From Patescibacteria group bacterium (lineage in GTDB: Bacteria; Patescibacteriota; Dojkabacteria; J137): a DNA stretch of 64,000 nt. The notes below the pieces were generated by a model that made no database searches, was not told the origin of the DNA, and saw only the letters and a list, made by a program, of their open reading frames with translations. Position 1 is the first letter of the stretch; each line of letters opens with the position of its first letter. A program made the position numbers and the translations under genes. The DNA lies in the NCBI GenBank assembly GCA_016861265.1, contig BOLA01000001.1, positions 934,150 to 998,149 on the forward strand, read 5' to 3'. This document shows, piece by piece, positions 59,540 to 64,000 of this stretch.

Positions 59540-60145
59540 TTACTGACTAATGGGAAGATTGGTGGTAGTCAGGTATTTGTGTAGCTGTTCTTCTAAGTTC
59601 CAGAGTGCTTTTCGTGGTGATTCAATATCGTATAAGTAATAATATTCATAATCTACAATATCTATTATTGTGCTGATTAAATCTGTAAATTCATAAACAA
59701 CAATTTTGGTATAGTTATTACTAAAAGAAATTGTATTTACTAACTCAATAAGATAATGTTCACTCATTCCATCTTTTAAATATTCTTTTATAAGAAAATT
59801 TAATGTTTGTGTATATTCTTGTTTGAATGTATTCTGATTTTCAAATCTCATATTTTTGATTTCTTGATAAAGAAATTTTGTAGATCTTTCTTGTGTTGGC
59901 TCGACTTTTATATTTTCTAAGTAAGGCCAAATTTTTAATCTAATTTCTTCTATTTTTTTATAATCATGGTTATTAACCACGCTGGATTGTGTTAATAGTT
60001 CAAGAATATTCTTTAAATTCTTATCTGCAATATTTTGATTTAAATGACCATGAGCAATAGTAATAATATCGGATCTGCTTAGCTGTCCAATATAATATTT
60101 TTTTAGGTTTTGTTGAATTTCTTTAGTATTCTTCATCATTTTCAC
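59540..60145 (-). CDS. hypothetical protein
   Basis: 201 aa ORF. Confidence 0.4.
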   Translation of the reverse strand: MKMMKNTKEIQQNLKKYYIGQLSRSDIITIAHGHLNQNIADKNLKNILELLTQSSVVNNHDYKKIEEIRLKIWPYLENIKVEPTQERSTKFLYQEIKNMRFENQNTFKQEYTQTLNFLIKEYLKDGMSEHYLIELVNTISFSNNYTKIVVYEFTDLISTIIDIVDYEYYYLYDIESPRKALWNLEEQLHKYLTTTNLPISQ

Positions 60146-60437
60146 CGTGAATATATGTTGGAATACTTAAAGTTTGGGAAAATTCTTTTAACAATTCTAA
60201 AATATATGTGTCGTAGTGGGTAATAACCAAGTTTTGGGAATATATTAGCTTAATTGAAACTTCTTTCCTCTTTGCAATCAATACCCCACCTTTTATTACT
60301 TGGCTATTAGTTGAATCTAAATAATTAGTTTCTTTCAAGATTTTAAAGTCTTTCTGACGAAAGAAATTTTCAAATTCTTCAGGTGATAATTGGTTATCCT
60401 CAAACTCTGGTTTTAAAAAGATTAAGTATTTGTCCAT
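60123..60437 (-). CDS. hypothetical protein
   Basis: 104 aa ORF overlapping the downstream gene by 23 nt (operon). Confidence 0.4.
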   Translation of the reverse strand: MDKYLIFLKPEFEDNQLSPEEFENFFRQKDFKILKETNYLDSTNSQVIKGGVLIAKRKEVSIKLIYSQNLVITHYDTYILELLKEFSQTLSIPTYIHGENDEEY

Positions 60438-60493
60438 AACTGATTATATTACAGATATTAGTTGCGAAGGAGTTTCTCCGCAACTAATTTTGG

Positions 60494-60763
60494 CTATTGA
60501 CCGGTCAGGCGGGTGAAAAGATCCCCGTATTCCGCAGGGTTGGGTTCGTTGGTGGACTTTTCGGTGGACGAAGTTGCAGGGCGATCAGTGAGTTCGCCAC
60601 TTGCCCTAGCATCCTCACGTGCCTGATGCCACGCTTCCGAAACTTCCTTCCCGGATGAGTTTGTCCCCTTCATTGCATCGACTTTGTCGTACTTATTACC
60701 GGGGACATATCCTGCATCACGCAGTACCTTTTCGTCCGAATCTTTACCTTTCGGGTCTGCCAT
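60494..60763 (-). CDS. small hydrophilic hypothetical protein on a GC-rich islet (~52% GC)
   Basis: 89 aa; SD GGAGGTG on the minus strand; composition contrasts with flanks. Confidence 0.45.
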   Translation of the reverse strand: MADPKGKDSDEKVLRDAGYVPGNKYDKVDAMKGTNSSGKEVSEAWHQAREDARASGELTDRPATSSTEKSTNEPNPAEYGDLFTRLTGQ

Positions 60764-60906
60764 CTTGCACCTCCGTGCAACTTTTAAGAACCTCCTAGCA
60801 TTGGCATAGGATTAGTAGGAGTTTATCTTCTTAAAGTATTACAGGCATTGTAATGGGATACAAAAACCTAAGGATATTTTTTAATAATTGGGTAGTGGTG
60901 TCCATT

Positions 60907-61587
60907 TCATTGAGTGAAATACAATAAGATCTTTTGCATTGCACCAATACAATCCTCAATAGGTATAGGGACTCTTGTATTCTTCTTATTATGAACGTAA
61001 ATACTTCCAATAGAAATTTTAAAATCATTTAGTTCGTCTTTTGTTAAAATTTTATTTTCTATAATTCGATCTTTTAATTGATTTTCATTTTCTAGGCCTA
61101 GTTCCATTTGCAATGCTTCCCAAGATAGTCTTAGCCATATTGCTATTGTCCTGGGATTCTTTTCTGAAGTTTCGTTATGCTGAAGTGCTGTGTTAAAACA
61201 CGTAAGCGATTGAACATGGGTAAGTTCATTAGTACTATTTATTTTTATAGGAGCTGCACCACTTATACTAAATCCTATGTCTATTGCTGCTTTTCCAGTG
61301 ATTGTTTTTCTATTTAAATCCTCCCAAACATACGTATTATTATATATGTATGTTGAACTAACCCTTGCTTTAAGCGTATTTGTAAATGCGATAGACTCTG
61401 TTATTCTTCGAGAGTAGTCTAATGCTTCACCAAGATTGAAATTTGTATTATCAAATACGCATTCAACTTCAATTTGATTCTTAGTAATTTGCTTTACACA
61501 CACAACTATCCCATTATGTATATATCGATTAGGAACAGATTTAATTAATCCATATTTGAAAGTAATTGTAGAAGTTGTCTTTTTCAT
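60907..61587 (-). CDS. hypothetical protein (last gene of the candidate defence operon)
   Basis: 226 aa ORF; 15-nt gap to the upstream Nudix gene. Confidence 0.45.
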   Translation of the reverse strand: MKKTTSTITFKYGLIKSVPNRYIHNGIVVCVKQITKNQIEVECVFDNTNFNLGEALDYSRRITESIAFTNTLKARVSSTYIYNNTYVWEDLNRKTITGKAAIDIGFSISGAAPIKINSTNELTHVQSLTCFNTALQHNETSEKNPRTIAIWLRLSWEALQMELGLENENQLKDRIIENKILTKDELNDFKISIGSIYVHNKKNTRVPIPIEDCIGAMQKILLYFTQ

Positions 61588-61602
61588 TACTGGGAGATAT
61601 TT

Positions 61603-62088
61603 TTATATATTACTTATAATACTCTTGACCTCCTCGGCTCCATCTGTTTTTAACCAGGATATTACATTAAAAAATTCTTCCATTGTAAAGAAGTTGACGT
61701 ACTTAATTTTATCGTCTTCTTTTTCGGTATCTCTTTCGTGAGGAGCTAAATTGTATTCGCTACTATTCTTATTTAGTTTTAGTAAAAATCTTAATTGAAG
61801 GTAAGTTTGATTATCTTCAATTACAGTATAGTAACCTACAAATTGAATATCTTTTATGTCTGATTCTGTTAATTCAATTCCTGTTTCTTCGTACATTTCT
61901 CGAATTATTGTTTGATTAATACTCTCCCCTTTTTCTGGATGACCACCTGGTTGATGATACTTTTGATTACCTTTAGCTACTAATACATACTTGTTGTCTA
62001 AAGATAAAGCCCAGATGTATACTTGGCGGATTTCTACGTTTAGTTGAAGGTCTAATATGTTGTGGGAGATGGTGTAGGTTGAGGACAT
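61603..62088 (-). CDS. Nudix hydrolase (canonical Nudix box)
   Basis: GGHPEKGESINQTIIREMYEETGIEL = Gx5Ex7REUxEExGU. Confidence 0.8.
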   Translation of the reverse strand: MSSTYTISHNILDLQLNVEIRQVYIWALSLDNKYVLVAKGNQKYHQPGGHPEKGESINQTIIREMYEETGIELTESDIKDIQFVGYYTVIEDNQTYLQLRFLLKLNKNSSEYNLAPHERDTEKEDDKIKYVNFFTMEEFFNVISWLKTDGAEEVKSIISNI

Positions 62089-62099
62089 TTAAGCTTTAA

Positions 62100-62513
62100 T
62101 TAAAAAAAGTTAGTTGAAGTTATTACAGTTACATTGTAATCCTTAAAAGTAGTATTCAGAAATATTGTCAAATTCCTATCATCTGATATTACCACAATAG
62201 GATCGATACCTAAGCTTAACTGCTCATTATTAATAAGAGTTTTTACTAATGCTAGAAGCGAAACATCTCCAAGTCCACGTTGTTTAGACAAAGAGAAGTG
62301 TGGATATGTATTTAGAAAAAATTTAAAACTCTCAAGATAGTTTTTAAGATCAAAATCCTCCTTTGAGGTCGCGTCAATGAAATTCGAACTCAAATTCATT
62401 AATGCTTTTACTTCAAATTCTTCTCTAACCTCTGGAGTTATAAAGCAATCTTCAGAGTAATTAATTTTATTACTTTCTAAATATATTAAACCAGTATTAT
62501 CTATTATTGTCAT
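62100..62513 (-). CDS. hypothetical protein, possibly PIN-like nuclease
   Basis: 137 aa; N-terminal MTIIDNTGLIYL resembles the PIN first-strand acidic motif; more acidic residues later (…ISDDRNL…); weak. Confidence 0.3.
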   Translation of the reverse strand: MTIIDNTGLIYLESNKINYSEDCFITPEVREEFEVKALMNLSSNFIDATSKEDFDLKNYLESFKFFLNTYPHFSLSKQRGLGDVSLLALVKTLINNEQLSLGIDPIVVISDDRNLTIFLNTTFKDYNVTVITSTNFF

Positions 62514-63709
62514 AAGTTATTACTGCTTATATACTCTTTAAAGCCTTTTTTATTTATTCGACCAAACAGTAGGTATTGAGCTTGAATATTACTGAGTGAT
62601 TTATTCTTAAGAGCATCATTAATACCTTCAACTGTTTTACTTCCATTAAATTTTCTAATCGAATAGTTAATTGGTTGGGACCGACCGTTTTGGGGAGTAA
62701 GTATTTTGGCAATCTCTGGTTGCAGATTTAAAAATTCTTCTTGAGTTATTACTCCCCTTTTTCTTAGAATCACTATTACAGCAGTGGCTGTTAATTTATA
62801 AGACTTTGCTAATTCATCTCTTATGTCTTTAGTTATAGAAATTCCAATAAATTTATTTGTAATCTCTATTGGTAAAAGAAATTCACCTACTATATCATGT
62901 ATGAAGTTTTCTTCCTTTGTTGAGGATAATGCTTCAGCTGTTAAATCTCTTTTGATTAAGTAGTCATAACTGTCTAAGCCTATTAATACTAATAGATAGA
63001 TAAGTGTATAAATTTGCCTACCTTCTCGTTCGTTAGGATTTAATTCACTAGGTAAAAAAATAAAAGGTATAATTTCATCTTTTAATACAAACCCACTAGT
63101 ATTTCTATAAATTTCTTTACAGCTATTTATAATAGGTAAGATTTTATTGTTATCAAAAACTCCTTGGCATACATTGATGTTTTTATTTTCGATTAATCTT
63201 ATTAAGTAATATAAGGCATTCTTCTTATTTAGGCGCTTAAATTCACTTGTCGAAAATTCAAAATATTTTTTTATTTCATCAGCTGCTTTTAGCTCAGTTT
63301 TATTTTTAAGTAAACCTATAAACCTATTTTTGAGTTCATCTGAGTTTTCTGATAGAAAGTTTTGACAACGTATTAACCTATCTATAATTCTTTTTGAAGT
63401 TATTTCTCCTTCGCCAAGTCTCTTTGAAAAAAAAGTTGGTGTTAGTTTAACCTTTCTTAATTCTTCTATTCTCAATAATTCCTTTTCAAGTAAAGAAGGT
63501 GTTAATAAAAAATAATACCATGGAATTAATATTTTATTACATTCATTTATTAAATCATTATAATCGATTCTATTTTCTTGCAATGCACTTGCCAAAATGG
63601 GTCTTTGCTCTAAATTTTCTTCCGGATATAGATTTAATATTTTATGAAAAACATCTAGATCAATATTCGTAGCTTTAGTTCGTTTTACTTGTAACTCAAT
63701 TGTACTCAT
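62510..63709 (-). CDS. hypothetical 399-aa protein, translationally coupled to the DUF2075 gene
   Basis: 14-nt overlap upstream, 4-nt overlap downstream; no motif recognised. Confidence 0.45.
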   Translation of the reverse strand: MSTIELQVKRTKATNIDLDVFHKILNLYPEENLEQRPILASALQENRIDYNDLINECNKILIPWYYFLLTPSLLEKELLRIEELRKVKLTPTFFSKRLGEGEITSKRIIDRLIRCQNFLSENSDELKNRFIGLLKNKTELKAADEIKKYFEFSTSEFKRLNKKNALYYLIRLIENKNINVCQGVFDNNKILPIINSCKEIYRNTSGFVLKDEIIPFIFLPSELNPNEREGRQIYTLIYLLVLIGLDSYDYLIKRDLTAEALSSTKEENFIHDIVGEFLLPIEITNKFIGISITKDIRDELAKSYKLTATAVIVILRKRGVITQEEFLNLQPEIAKILTPQNGRSQPINYSIRKFNGSKTVEGINDALKNKSLSNIQAQYLLFGRINKKGFKEYISSNNL

Positions 63710-64000
63710 TGAAATATATATAACAACCTTTCACCCCTCTAGTCATAAGCGTCCTATAGGTGTTTTTTATAATTGCATCTGCCTTTTGTTTTGCAAGTTC
63801 AGGATTTTCTTTTAACAATTTTTTATAACCTTTAATTGAAGCATCCATTTTTGACCTTTTAATAGGGTCTGTAATGACTTCTCCATTTTCTATTCTTAGA
63901 TCAGGTCCAATAATTACTCCTATATAATCTAATTCAAGCCCTTGGCAAGTATGTATACAACCTACTTCGTTAACTGATGTAGGGTACACGCTCCACAGTC
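63696..64000 (-). CDS. C-terminal part of a DUF2075-like (Schlafen-group-3-like helicase-domain) protein; N-terminus is beyond the window
   Basis: …IHTCQGLELDYIGVIIGPDLR… resembles the DUF2075 C-terminal region; the frame is open to the window edge. Confidence 0.45.
   Translation of the reverse strand, partial: LWSVYPTSVNEVGCIHTCQGLELDYIGVIIGPDLRIENGEVITDPIKRSKMDASIKGYKKLLKENPELAKQKADAIIKNTYRTLMTRGVKGCYIYFNEYN

Noticed and set aside
1-64000. CRISPR arrays, rRNA genes and alternative genetic code (UGA recoding)
   Set aside because: No regularly spaced direct repeats were seen. No rRNA-like conserved stretches were seen. Conserved genes (glyA, folD, miaA and the DEAD-box helicase) are intact ORFs in the standard code with no in-frame UGA.

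Overview
The window is about 64 kb of an AT-rich (roughly 30-33% GC) bacterial chromosome read in the standard genetic code; folD, glyA and the helicase gene are intact full-length ORFs with no in-frame UGA. The lineage cannot be assigned from sequence alone. The gene style (sortase, many small membrane or hypothetical proteins, and GT2 plus GT-C membrane glycosyltransferases) suggests a small-genome Gram-positive-like or Patescibacteria-like organism.

Recognisable genes:
- Core genes: pth, folD, glyA, miaA, ssb, pcm, a gmk-like kinase, recX-like, htrA-like, tRNA-Glu(UUC) and tRNA-Gly(CCC).
- Envelope module: sortase with an atypical Cys-rich candidate substrate, a GT2 glycosyltransferase, two GT-C-like polytopic proteins (one of 1285 aa), and a SpoIID/LytB coiled-coil protein.
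- A LiaFSR-like envelope-stress two-component module.
- A remnant of the ligase-associated DNA-damage-response operon (MBL exonuclease and PdeM) split by three inserted small genes.
- A photolyase-like, DUF1295 and PIMT cluster.
- An operon of an ATP-grasp ligase, a fold-type-II PLP enzyme, a SAM methyltransferase and a C40 peptidase, next to a Zn-ribbon protein.
- At the right edge, a tightly overlapping operon of a partial DUF2075 helicase-like protein, a 399-aa protein, a PIN-like protein, a canonical Nudix hydrolase and a 226-aa protein, which is a candidate defence module.

The most unusual global feature is a set of discrete GC-rich islets (about 45-60% GC) in the 30% GC background. Each is a self-contained unit with its own promoter, a strong GGAGG Shine-Dalgarno and a hairpin terminator. 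Two encode secreted proteins sharing an AQD signal-peptide cleavage motif; several encode small proteins of unknown function. One islet sits beside tRNA-Gly, and one is followed by about 520 nt of ORF-free structured sequence. A roughly 170-nt GC-rich multi-hairpin leader precedes an internally duplicated 420-aa protein.

No CRISPR array, rRNA or intact prophage was recognised.
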